The notes below the pieces were generated by a model. The model ran no database searches, was not told the origin of the DNA, and saw only the letters and a list, made by a program, of their open reading frames with translations. A stretch of 52,738 nucleotides of DNA from an uncultured Gammaproteobacteria bacterium (GTDB lineage Bacteria; Patescibacteriota; Microgenomatia; Daviesbacterales; UBA10151): assembly GCA_964649615.1 (NCBI GenBank), contig CAZYPW010000005.1:41387-94124 (forward strand), given 5' to 3'. This document shows positions 9,279 to 18,834 of the stretch, piece after piece (within the stretch, counting starts at the first letter, position 1; the number at the start of each line of letters is the position of its first letter). The position numbers and the translations under genes are program-made.

Positions 9279-11819
9279 ATGAAGAAGTATATACCTAACC
9301 AAATTGAGCCTAAATGGCAGAAAAAGTGGAGAGAAGGTGCTCTCTATTTAACCAATTTATCCAAAAATGATAATAAATATTATGTTTTAGTTGAGCTGCC
9401 TTATACTTCGGGGGATCTTCATATGGGGCACTGGTTTACCTTCACCATGGGTGATATCTTGGCTAGATTCAAAAAAAGACAGGGGTTCAATGTGCTTTTC
9501 CCGATCGGATTTGATGCATTTGGCTTGCCAGCAGAGAATGCTGCAATTAAGCAAAACATTCATCCAAGAGACTGGACTTATGGCAATATTGAGCGTATGA
9601 GAACTCAATTTGAAACTTTAGGAGCCTCGATGGATTGGACTAAAACCATGGTGGCTTGTGATCCTAAATACTACAAATGGAATCAATGGATCTTCTTAAA
9701 GATGCTAGAGCAGGGTAGCACTTATAGAGGTAGAGCGCTATCAAACTGGTGTCCTAACTGCCAGACAGTACTGGCCAATGAGAATGTAGAATTAGGCAGA
9801 TGCTGGAGGTGCGGCACAGAGGTAATTACCAAAGAAATAGAACAGTGGTTTTTTAAGATCACAGACTATGCCGAAAAATTACTTTGGCCAGAATCACCAA
9901 AAGTAGATTGGCCCAAGCATTTAAGAGAAGGTCAAAATAATTGGATAGGTAAGTCAGAAGGTGTAATTTATCGTTTCAAAGTAAAAGATATGAATATTTA
10001 CTTTGAAATGTTTGATTCTGTGCCCCAAACATTTATGGCTCAAACGTTTACAGTTATTGCTCCTGAACATCCTAAACTCTACGAGTTAGTAAAAGGCACT
10101 AAATACGAGAAAAAAGTGATGAATTTTGTCGACAAGATCAGAAGAAAGAAAGCTGCTGATAAATTTGAAGCCGATAAGGAAGTGGAAGGCGTATTTACCG
10201 GTAGGTATATAGAATATACTCCAACAGGACAGAATATTCCTTTGTGGGTAGCGTCGTTCGTTATAGCCGAATATGGTACAGGAGTTGTTAATTCCAGTGC
10301 ACACGACGAGCGTGATTTTGCCTTTGCCAAAAAGTATGACTTGCCACTGCATCCGGTTATGTTTCCGTCTGATCCAGTTGAGGCCAAGAAGGTCAGAAAT
10401 TTGGAATATTGTTACCATCATGCACCAGATGGTATCTTGCAAGAACCGGCAGAATTTAAAGGTAGAAAATGGGCAGGAGTAAGAGCAGACATTATTGATT
10501 ATATTGAAAAAAAAGGCTTTGGCAAAAGGGCCATCCAGTATCATCTTCACGATTGGTCAATCTCTAGACAAAGATATTGGGGGACACCCATTCCCATTAT
10601 TTATTGTGATAAGTGTGGGACAGTACCTGTGCCGGAAAAAGATTTACCAGTGGAGCTGCCTTATAAGGTTGACTATGCTCCCCAAGGTAAGCCCCCTCTG
10701 GCTACGGCAGAGGATTGGGTGAATGTAGAGTGCCCTAAGTGTGGTGGGCCAGCCAAAAGAGAAGTGGAAACTATGGATACTTTTGTTGATTCAGCCTGGT
10801 ACTTCTTTAGGTATTTAGATCCTGAAAATGATCAACAGATCTTTGATAAAAAGGTAGTAAAAGATTGGATGCCACTAGAGATCTATATTGGGGGGCCGGA
10901 ACATACCTTGGGACATGCCTTGTATTCCAGATTCTTTACCATGATCTTTCATGATTTAGGACTGATTAATTTTGATGAGTATGCTAAAAAGAGGATACAC
11001 CACGGTACAATTTTAGGTCCTGATGGCTCTAGAATGAGCAAGTCCAGAGGGAATGTGGTTAATCCTGATGAGGAGGTTAAAAATTATGGGGCAGATGCTA
11101 TCAGAGTTTATCTGATGTTTTTAGGCCCTTTTGACATTGTTACTTCTTGGAACCCCAATGGTGTCAATGGTGCCTATCATTTCCTACAACGTGTTTGGTC
11201 TCTCCGTGACAAATTACTTCCGATTGGACGTGGGCTCATCGCCCAAGAAAGTAGTTTGTCACAAGCTGACCTGAAAATGATACACAAGACTATTAAGAAG
11301 GTGACAGAAGATATTGAGGGACTTAAATACAACACAGCTATTGCCTCCCTCATGGAGTGGTTGAATCATTTATCTAAAAAAGAATCTATCAGTAAAGAAG
11401 AATATAAAACATTTTTATTACTACTTGCCCCATTCTCGCCCCATATTACAGAGGAACTGTGGGAAATTGTTAATCGTGAATCGTCTATCGTATATCGGAA
11501 AAATAAAAACGATAAGCAAAGCTTGCGATCTAACGATCTAAAACGACAAACGATAAACGACAAACGAAATTGGTCTATACATAAGCAGTTGTGGCCACAG
11601 TTTGATAAAAAATATCTGGAAGAAGAGGAGATAGTTATCATAGTTCAGATTAATGGTAAGGTGAGAGACAGCATCATGATACAAAAAGATATAATAAATA
11701 ACAAAGAGGATATAGAAAAATTTGCCAAACAAGCTGCAAATGCTAAGAAGTACTTAGCAGGAAAAACTGTGAAAAAAGTTGTGTATGTAGAAGGTAAGGT
11801 AATAAATTTTGTTATTTAG
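9279..11819 (+). CDS. leuS: Leucine--tRNA ligase
   Basis: HMGH and RMSKS motifs, zinc knuckles, editing-domain HDERD; ATG 9279 preferred. Confidence 0.97.
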   Translation: MKKYIPNQIEPKWQKKWREGALYLTNLSKNDNKYYVLVELPYTSGDLHMGHWFTFTMGDILARFKKRQGFNVLFPIGFDAFGLPAENAAIKQNIHPRDWTYGNIERMRTQFETLGASMDWTKTMVACDPKYYKWNQWIFLKMLEQGSTYRGRALSNWCPNCQTVLANENVELGRCWRCGTEVITKEIEQWFFKITDYAEKLLWPESPKVDWPKHLREGQNNWIGKSEGVIYRFKVKDMNIYFEMFDSVPQTFMAQTFTVIAPEHPKLYELVKGTKYEKKVMNFVDKIRRKKAADKFEADKEVEGVFTGRYIEYTPTGQNIPLWVASFVIAEYGTGVVNSSAHDERDFAFAKKYDLPLHPVMFPSDPVEAKKVRNLEYCYHHAPDGILQEPAEFKGRKWAGVRADIIDYIEKKGFGKRAIQYHLHDWSISRQRYWGTPIPIIYCDKCGTVPVPEKDLPVELPYKVDYAPQGKPPLATAEDWVNVECPKCGGPAKREVETMDTFVDSAWYFFRYLDPENDQQIFDKKVVKDWMPLEIYIGGPEHTLGHALYSRFFTMIFHDLGLINFDEYAKKRIHHGTILGPDGSRMSKSRGNVVNPDEEVKNYGADAIRVYLMFLGPFDIVTSWNPNGVNGAYHFLQRVWSLRDKLLPIGRGLIAQESSLSQADLKMIHKTIKKVTEDIEGLKYNTAIASLMEWLNHLSKKESISKEEYKTFLLLLAPFSPHITEELWEIVNRESSIVYRKNKNDKQSLRSNDLKRQTINDKRNWSIHKQLWPQFDKKYLEEEEIVIIVQINGKVRDSIMIQKDIINNKEDIEKFAKQAANAKKYLAGKTVKKVVYVEGKVINFVI
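11471..11568. repeat. In-frame heptamer palindrome inside leuS
   Basis: taatcgtgaatcgtctatcgtatatcgg ... aaacgacaaacgataaacgacaaacga. Confidence 0.85.
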
Positions 11820-11870
11820 CAGCGATCTATTTTGTCTGCTAAAGATTAATCATTGTTGATTTAGATTGTT

Positions 11871-12305
11871 ATGACAAGTAAATCAAAAGCTGCCCTAAAT
11901 AGAGACAATTCCTGGCTTTTAGCAAGGTTAGATTTTATTTGGACAAAATATTTTACTGAGGTTCCCCAAACAAATAAAGTCTTTATTAAATTTGGCAGAA
12001 ATGCCAGGTTAAGGCTTGGTTCAATTCGCTTAGATAGAAAAACTAAAGCCAGCTATATACTGATAACTTCAATGTTTAAAGAGCAATCAATCCCACAAGA
12101 GGTAGTGGATCACACCATTGGCCATGAGTTGGTGCATTATGCTCATGGTTTCTCTTCCAACAGGCCCAGATTGCACAAATATCCACACTCAGGAGGAGTA
12201 GTTAAAAAGGAGATGGCAGAGCGGGGAATGGAATATCTATATAAAGCTTATAAGGCTTGGATAAAAGACTATCGAAAAATGCTAAAAAAGTCATATGGAT
12301 TTTGA
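11871..12305 (+). CDS. SprT-like/zincin HExxH protein
   Basis: TIGHELVHYAHG motif. Confidence 0.65.
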   Translation: MTSKSKAALNRDNSWLLARLDFIWTKYFTEVPQTNKVFIKFGRNARLRLGSIRLDRKTKASYILITSMFKEQSIPQEVVDHTIGHELVHYAHGFSSNRPRLHKYPHSGGVVKKEMAERGMEYLYKAYKAWIKDYRKMLKKSYGF

Positions 12306-12879
12306 GAAGGAAAATTGGTGGCAGGAATTTAAAGTTCCAATTGCGTTATCTTTAGTTGGTCTAGTGCTTATTATTGGTGGAGCAGTGAGTTCAGGGATAG
12401 GAAAAGCCCAGTCAAAGCAGTATCCTAAAGAGAGCCTGGTTTCTGATAAGACTATTTCAGTAGATGTATCAGGAGCAGTTAAAAATCCAAGCGTATATCA
12501 ATTTAATGAAAATGCCAGAATAGAGGAAGCAATCTCTTCAGCAGGAGGTTTTTCAGATGATGCAGACCTAGAATATATATCAAAGTATATAAATATGGCA
12601 CAAAAATTAGTAGACGGAACTAAAATCTATATCCCGGCAAATGGTGAGAGTATTTCAGCTGCCAAAGTGGGCCAAGTGGTCGGAACTAATACTTCTGCCA
12701 AAATCAATATCAATACAGCCACTCAAGCCGAACTGGAATCATTAGACGGGATAGGCATATCAAGAGCATCAGATATAATTTCAGGCAGACCATATCAAAG
12801 AAAAGAGGAATTAATAGATAAAAAAATTATAGGCAAAGCTGTGTTTGAGAAAATCAAGGATTTTATTGTTGTCTACTAG
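12295..12879 (+). CDS. comEA: Competence DNA receptor ComEA
   Basis: TM, SLBB (VDVSGAVKNP), INLAQKL-like segment, HhH (ININTAT...LDGIG). Confidence 0.9.
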   Translation: MDFEKENWWQEFKVPIALSLVGLVLIIGGAVSSGIGKAQSKQYPKESLVSDKTISVDVSGAVKNPSVYQFNENARIEEAISSAGGFSDDADLEYISKYINMAQKLVDGTKIYIPANGESISAAKVGQVVGTNTSAKININTATQAELESLDGIGISRASDIISGRPYQRKEELIDKKIIGKAVFEKIKDFIVVY

Positions 12880-12954
12880 TCCTAAACATAGCTTCAAAAT
12901 ATTCAATCTTGACACGGCCGTTGAACAAATGTAATATAAATTGTAAGAGTATAA

Positions 12955-13467
12955 ATGAAGGCTTATAAAAAGAGTTTAGCTCAATTTGTCCTAATTGTTT
13001 TAGAAAAGAGTATTGATGGCTACGTTAGAGTAGAAGATTTTGCCCAGCATCATTATCGCTATTTTTATGGGGCTCCGGAATTGAAAAAATCAAGTCTGGC
13101 TGCTGCTATTGCTCGTCTAAGAGAAGGAGGTTTAGTGGAAACTAAGCGTAAGAGGTCGGATATTTTAGTAAAGTTAACCAAGCTAGGTAAAGAATCACTC
13201 AATGATTTTAATTTAGATGATCAACCCTGGGATGGTAAATGGAGGATCGTGATATTTGATATTCCTGAAACTCAAAGAACAGTGAGAGATTTGTTTAGAA
13301 GAAGACTCAAAGACTGGGATTTTAAAAATTTTCAACAAAGCGTTTGGATTACCAAAAAAAATGTTACAGAAAAGATGAGGAAACTCATTAATAAGTTGGG
13401 AATATATGATTGGGTAGCTGTAATTGAGTCGGAAGATAAAGCTTTATCCAATATCTACAATCTTTAA
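12955..13467 (+). CDS. PaaX-like regulator (wHTH plus Cas2-like C-terminal domain)
   Basis: WDGKWRIVIFDIPE...FQQSVW motif. Confidence 0.8.
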   Translation: MKAYKKSLAQFVLIVLEKSIDGYVRVEDFAQHHYRYFYGAPELKKSSLAAAIARLREGGLVETKRKRSDILVKLTKLGKESLNDFNLDDQPWDGKWRIVIFDIPETQRTVRDLFRRRLKDWDFKNFQQSVWITKKNVTEKMRKLINKLGIYDWVAVIESEDKALSNIYNL

Positions 13468-13473
13468 ACGGTC

Positions 13474-14466
13474 GTGGAACAAATATATAAATTTAAAGCT
13501 AAATTACCGGTTTTTTTGACTATAATTTTGTATGTTTTATTTTTCTACTTAAGATCAATTCAGGGTGGGTGGGATCTCAAAATGGATATTCTAAAAACTC
13601 AAAGGCAGGCATTAGATAAAAAAATCAGTCAGTTCTTGCCTTCACCCCAGGCTGAACTTTTATCCGGCATTTTGCTCGGACAAAATAAAAATTTGCCTGG
13701 CAAACTTAAATTAGCTTTGAGGGATACATCAACTTTACATATTGTAGTAGCTTCAGGTCAGAACCTAAGCATGGTGGCAGGATTTTTCTTAGGTTTTTCA
13801 GGCTTGATTGGCAGAAGAAAAGCGCTTGTTTTGGGGCTGCTAGCTTGCATATTTTATACTTTGTTATCCGGAATGCAGGTGCCAATACTTAGAGCAGCTA
13901 TTATGTTTGGTTTTGCTTCTATTGCTCAATTTTTCGGCAGAGAAAAAGACGGCTGGTGGGTACTAATTATAACAGCAGCCTTGATGCTTTTAGTTAATCC
14001 TGCATGGATTACCAGTCTGTCTTTTCAGCTGTCATTTTTGGCAACTTTTGGGGTGATAGTAATTTCGCCCATCTTTCTTAGATGGTTTGAAAGAGTACCA
14101 ATTATCGGCCAGGACTTATCAGTTACTCTGGCGGCACAAATAATGGTGACACCTGTAATTGCCCAAAATTTTCATCAGATTTCTTTTGTTTCTTTGGCAG
14201 CCAATGTTTTAATTCTTTGGACTATATCTTTTATCATGATTTTAGGGAGCCTGATGATTTTAGTAGGGACAATCTGGTCGGCAGCAGGATTAGTTGTCGG
14301 AGTAGGGGTAAATATTTTTCTTACTTACTTTATTTATATAGTGCAATTTTTTGCCAATCTGCCTTTTGCCTGGGAATATGTCGAGGAGCAAGCGTGGGCG
14401 GTGTGGATAGGGTACTATATGATAGTAGGTGGGGTATTATTAGGTCTAAGTAAGAATAGAGAATAA
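13474..14466 (+). CDS. comEC: ComEC/Rec2 competence membrane protein; start uncertain
   Basis: LHIVVASGQN, SFQLSFLATFG motifs; many TM helices. Confidence 0.9.
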   Translation: MEQIYKFKAKLPVFLTIILYVLFFYLRSIQGGWDLKMDILKTQRQALDKKISQFLPSPQAELLSGILLGQNKNLPGKLKLALRDTSTLHIVVASGQNLSMVAGFFLGFSGLIGRRKALVLGLLACIFYTLLSGMQVPILRAAIMFGFASIAQFFGREKDGWWVLIITAALMLLVNPAWITSLSFQLSFLATFGVIVISPIFLRWFERVPIIGQDLSVTLAAQIMVTPVIAQNFHQISFVSLAANVLILWTISFIMILGSLMILVGTIWSAAGLVVGVGVNIFLTYFIYIVQFFANLPFAWEYVEEQAWAVWIGYYMIVGGVLLGLSKNRE

Positions 14467-14580
14467 TTTTAAATTTTCAATTTTAAATTCACAATGAATT
14501 TTCAATGATTCAATGTTTGAAAATTAATACATTGATATTTGATTGTAAATTGTAAATTGTAAATTGGTAATTGTAAATTT
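14465..14580. repeat. Heptamer palindrome between comEC and argS
   Basis: aattttcaattttaaattcacaatgaattttcaat ... attgtaaattgtaaattgtaaattggtaattgtaaatt. Confidence 0.8.
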
Positions 14581-14596
14581 ATGTTATTATTAACTT

Positions 14597-16213
14597 ATGG
14601 TCAAACAAAGAATTTTGGAAGATTTAAAAACTGCTGTAAAGGAATTAGGCTATCCAGTAACTGATCCCGATTCAATCGGGACTAATATAGTTTGTAATAT
14701 TCCAAAAAATCCCAAATTTGGGGACTATACAACGAATTTGGCTCTCCAACTTGCTAAACAAGATTCGCAAAACCATCGTCACTCGCCACTCGAGATTGCT
14801 AATGAAATTTTACAAAAATTTGGGACTCATACTTACTTAGAAAAAGTTGAAGTGGCAGGAGGATTTATCAATTTTTTTGTTAAAAAATCAGTTTTAGCAA
14901 ATGATTTAAAAGAGATTTTGCAGTTAGGGGAAAATTTTGGCAAGTCAGAAATAGGTAGTGGTAAAAAAGCCAGGGTAGAGTTTGTTTCAGCTAACCCCAC
15001 AGGCCCGCTGCACATGGGTAATGCCAGAAGCGCTCCCTTGGGGGATGTTTTAGCAAGTGTCCTACATTCCCAAGGATATCAAGTTTTAAGGGAATTTATA
15101 GACAACAATGTTGGTGAACAAGTTAAAGCCTTGGGGGCAACTATAAAAGCTAAAATTTCTGGTAATAGTTTAGACGCTAACCAATATCAAGGTGAATATA
15201 TCTCAGATTTAGCCAAAAATTTAGAAGTTAATGTAGAAAAATTAACAGATGAAGAGGTGGGAAGGTTGGCTGTGGAGTTTTTGCATGAGGAGATTTTAGC
15301 TGATTGCCACCTGATGGGGATTAAATTTGATTTGGTAGTGCATGAATCTGATTTAAGAAAGGAAGCAGCTAAAGTTTTAGAGCAGTTAAGGAAAAAAGGG
15401 GTTTTGAAAGAAAAAGATGGAGCTTTGTGGCTTGCTCCCAATGATGAGTTTTTAAAAGACAGAGAAACCGTGGTGCAAAAAACTGATGGAAATTATACCT
15501 ATTTTACAGCTGATATTGTTTATCACAAACAAAAATTTGAATCAGGGGCTGAAGTGATTATAGATGTATTTGGCAGCAATCATCATGGCCATGTTCCCAG
15601 GCTTCAAGCTGCAGCTCTAGCCTTAGGATTTGACCCTAAAAGGCTAAAAGTAGTGCTATACCAATATGTCAGAGTTAAAAGGGGAAAAGAAGTGGTGAAG
15701 ATGAGCAAAAGAGCAGGAAATTTTATTACAGCCAAAGAGGTACTGGAGGAGGTAGGCAAAGATGCTTTTAGATTTTATCTTTTAAGGTTTGCTCCTCAAA
15801 CTCATATGGATTTTGATTTAGAGTTAGTAAAAGAGCAGACCAATAAAAATCCAGTTTATTATGTGCAATATGCCCATGCCAGGATGGTAAATATCCTTTT
15901 AAAGGCAAAAGACAACAAAGAGGAGGCTAATTTAGAACTTCTAACTGCTGAGTATGAACAAGCTTTAATAAAACATTTACTATATTTGCCAGATTTATTA
16001 GCAGAATTAGCCTTAAGTTTTCAAGTTCATCACCTAACAGACTATGCAATTTCTTTAGCAGATTACTTCCATAAGTTTTATGAGGCATGCCCAGTGCTTT
16101 CAGCAGAGAGCAAAGAGTTAGTTAAGGCAAGACTTGCTTTAGTTAAAGCTTCTAAGATAACGCTGGCTAATACTTTAGAAATCTTAGGAGTTTTAGCACC
16201 TGAAAGGATGTAA
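14597..16213 (+). CDS. argS: Arginine--tRNA ligase
   Basis: VEFVSANPTGPLHMGNAR, KMSKRAG, YYVQYAHAR. Confidence 0.97.
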   Translation: MVKQRILEDLKTAVKELGYPVTDPDSIGTNIVCNIPKNPKFGDYTTNLALQLAKQDSQNHRHSPLEIANEILQKFGTHTYLEKVEVAGGFINFFVKKSVLANDLKEILQLGENFGKSEIGSGKKARVEFVSANPTGPLHMGNARSAPLGDVLASVLHSQGYQVLREFIDNNVGEQVKALGATIKAKISGNSLDANQYQGEYISDLAKNLEVNVEKLTDEEVGRLAVEFLHEEILADCHLMGIKFDLVVHESDLRKEAAKVLEQLRKKGVLKEKDGALWLAPNDEFLKDRETVVQKTDGNYTYFTADIVYHKQKFESGAEVIIDVFGSNHHGHVPRLQAAALALGFDPKRLKVVLYQYVRVKRGKEVVKMSKRAGNFITAKEVLEEVGKDAFRFYLLRFAPQTHMDFDLELVKEQTNKNPVYYVQYAHARMVNILLKAKDNKEEANLELLTAEYEQALIKHLLYLPDLLAELALSFQVHHLTDYAISLADYFHKFYEACPVLSAESKELVKARLALVKASKITLANTLEILGVLAPERM

Positions 16214-17271
16214 TGTTTGGAAGAAAAAAACAGGCTAGAAGATCTACTAATATACTGTTTGTTATATTTAGATTATTTTTAAGTGTAATTATTTTTGCCA
16301 TGCTTTTGGGAGGAATATATTCTGCATATAAACACTTTAGTGGTTTAGATCCTTTAAAATTAAGCCCTGAAGCTGTCTTAATTAATTTATTAAAATCCAA
16401 AACTCCCCAGGATATAATTGCTGCTTTATCTTCAGTAAAACTAACAGAAGGCATTGCTCAAAAAATTAACCAGAGAGTTTCAGGAGGCCAGGCAGTTATT
16501 CCAGCTGACCCCAGTTCAAACGGGGCTGATCCAAAGCCAACTCAAACTTCTTCCCAGGTTGTTTTAAGATTTTTAATGGTAGCTGATTCCCACAATGATA
16601 ATCAATATTTAGCTAAGGCTTTAGATCAAGCTAAGCTTCAATATCCTGATATTAAGTTTATTTTAGGTTTGGGAGATTATACAGAAGTGGGAACTGTTAC
16701 AGAATTAAAAAATGCCAAGAAAGAGTTTGACCAAGCCTCTTTGAGATATTTTTTAGTAGTTGGAGACCATGATTTATGGGACGGGAGAGATAAAGGAGAA
16801 AGCCCCATTAAAAATTTTAATCAAGTTTTTGGTCCTACTTTTCAAGCTTTTTCAGAGGGAGATTTTTATTTTATTTTGCTCAATAATAGTGATAACTACC
16901 AAGGAGTATCTTTAGAACAAACAAATTGGCTAGATGCTCAATTAGAAAAAGCTAAAAATGCAAAGGGAATTTTTGTATTCTTGCATGAGAGCTTGTACCA
17001 TCCTTCTTCTGATCATGTAATGGGTAGAGTACAGGCAGAGTTGAAAAAACAAGCTCAGAATTTACTGTTTAGTTTAAAATCAGCAGGGGTAAAAACAGTG
17101 ATAGCTGGAGATACTCATTATTTTTCTTATTATGAAGAGCCCCAAACTCATCTGCCTATGGCTACAATTGGAGCTATTACCTCTGAAAGGAATTTACAAA
17201 CCCCCAGGTTTGGGATAGGGGAGGTGTTAGAGGATGGGAATTTAAGGGTTGTGGATGTAGAAATTAAATAA
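16213..17271 (+). CDS. Membrane-anchored calcineurin-like metallophosphoesterase
   Basis: ADSH, GLGD, VGDHD, FLH, GDTH motifs; N-terminal TM. Confidence 0.85.
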   Translation: MFGRKKQARRSTNILFVIFRLFLSVIIFAMLLGGIYSAYKHFSGLDPLKLSPEAVLINLLKSKTPQDIIAALSSVKLTEGIAQKINQRVSGGQAVIPADPSSNGADPKPTQTSSQVVLRFLMVADSHNDNQYLAKALDQAKLQYPDIKFILGLGDYTEVGTVTELKNAKKEFDQASLRYFLVVGDHDLWDGRDKGESPIKNFNQVFGPTFQAFSEGDFYFILLNNSDNYQGVSLEQTNWLDAQLEKAKNAKGIFVFLHESLYHPSSDHVMGRVQAELKKQAQNLLFSLKSAGVKTVIAGDTHYFSYYEEPQTHLPMATIGAITSERNLQTPRFGIGEVLEDGNLRVVDVEIK

Positions 17272-17285
17272 TATAATACTTCGAT

Positions 17286-17792
17286 ATGATTGGGCAAACT
17301 TTGATCATCATTAAACCAGATGGAGTTAGTGGAGGCTTTACAGATGAAATTATCAAAAGATATGAAGCTGTAGGGCTTAAGGTAGTTAAAAGAATGGATT
17401 GTATGGCCCCACTTAATATTGTAGAAAAACACTATCCAATGGATCCAGAATATTTAAGGTCAATTGGAGAAAAAACTATTGCTGCAGGCCAAAAAGTGAC
17501 CTCAGCAGAAGATCAGGGTAGAAAAGTAGTGTCATGGCTTCGCAAATTTATTACCTCCGGTCCGGTGGTAGTAATGCTCCTGGAGGGGGAGGATGCAGTT
17601 AAACAGGCTCGTAAAACCAGTGGCTTTACCGATCCTGCAAGTGCAGAAAAAGGCACTATCAGGGGAGATTTGGGAACAGATAATATATTGGATGCCAATA
17701 GGGAAGAAAGACCGGTTTATAATTTAATTCATGCTTCAGGATCAGCTGATGAAGCTGCAAAAGAAATAAAATTGTGGTTTGGACAAAACTAG
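17286..17792 (+). CDS. ndk: Nucleoside-diphosphate kinase
   Basis: TLIIIKPDG, GTIRGD, NLIHAS catalytic His. Confidence 0.93.
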   Translation: MIGQTLIIIKPDGVSGGFTDEIIKRYEAVGLKVVKRMDCMAPLNIVEKHYPMDPEYLRSIGEKTIAAGQKVTSAEDQGRKVVSWLRKFITSGPVVVMLLEGEDAVKQARKTSGFTDPASAEKGTIRGDLGTDNILDANREERPVYNLIHASGSADEAAKEIKLWFGQN

Positions 17793-17856
17793 TCGGAGAG
17801 GAGCGTGGTATAGTCGCTTCGCTTCCTGTATCACTTCGTGATATAATTCATTTAAT

Positions 17857-18102
17857 ATGAAAGATTTACAGTTTAAAGTGTTAATTGAACAAGATGAGGA
17901 CGGATGGTATATTGCAGAGGTGCCCGAGCTTCAGGGATGCTATACTCAAGGTAAAACTCTAGAGGAAGTACGAGAAAGAATTAAAGAAGTAATTAAACTT
18001 GTCCTGGAATCAGATAAAGAGGCCAAAAAGAGTAAGTTATCTTCCCCACAGCCACATTCTAAATTCTTTGCGGTTGAGGACATAAGCCTTCAGTATGCCT
18101 AA
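17857..18102 (+). CDS. hicB: HicB family antitoxin
   Basis: IEQDEDGWYIAEVPELQGCYTQGKTLEEV. Confidence 0.9.
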   Translation: MKDLQFKVLIEQDEDGWYIAEVPELQGCYTQGKTLEEVRERIKEVIKLVLESDKEAKKSKLSSPQPHSKFFAVEDISLQYA

Positions 18103-18319
18103 ACTGTCTCCAATCAATGCCACAAAACTTATCAAGATTCTTGCGAAGCAAGGGTTTATTAAGGTTCGTCAAAGTGGTAGTCATGCTAGGTTAGAGCATC
18201 CCGACGGTAGAAAAACTAGCATACCAGTTCATTCTGGAGAAAATGTCAGAGTGGGACTTCTAAGAAAAATCCTCAGAGACACAAATATCTCTCGTGATGA
18301 GTTTGAAACGCTAAAATAA
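18095..18319 (+). CDS. hicA: HicA family toxin
   Basis: GFIKVRQSGSH...IPVH...GLLRKIL; overlaps hicB. Confidence 0.9.
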   Translation: MPKLSPINATKLIKILAKQGFIKVRQSGSHARLEHPDGRKTSIPVHSGENVRVGLLRKILRDTNISRDEFETLK

Positions 18320-18358
18320 TCCTAAAAAATAGTCAGCAGATCCAGTATAATCAACCTT

Positions 18359-18775
18359 ATGAATACTGATGATCCTAAACAAGATGTTCCCCGGAGTACC
18401 TCTGAACCTACTCAAGATTCGGGCAATGACCAAAACCTGACAGATCAATGATTGAGGAAATTGTGGGTGATAAAGAAGTACCAATATTTCTAGATGAATG
18501 GTTAAAAAATGGACTTAACGCCAGCGCAGCCTACAAAGCTCTGCACCCCAATGCTAGTGATGCTTCAGCCAGAGTTTTAGGCTCAAAAAAGTTAACAAAG
18601 AATAACATTTCTGCTATTTTGGCAGGATATGATCTTGGGTACAGTGATTATATTCTGAGTCTTAAAGAGGGTTTAGTTGCTACGAAATTTAATGAACAAA
18701 CAGGAGAAAAAAGTACCAGATTATAGAACCAGGTTAGAGTATCATCGTATTCTTGGTAAATTATTAGGGTTTTAA
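18359..18775 (+). pseudogene. Frameshifted terminase-small-subunit-like gene
   Basis: ATG 18359 frame stops at 18451; 18448 frame has FLDEWLKNGLNASAAYKALHP..SARVLGSK; a third frame after the A6 run (18707-18712) reads VPDYRTRLEYHRILGKLLGF*. Confidence 0.55.
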
Positions 18776-18834
18776 ATAATGAGTCTTTATTCTCTTTACC
18801 TAATCATGTAGAATTTTCTGTTATAATTGTTAAT

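Noticed and set aside
12955-13467. Calling the PaaX-like proteins (also 50327-50836) Cas2
   Set aside because: They have an N-terminal wHTH and no CRISPR context; only the fold is Cas2-like.
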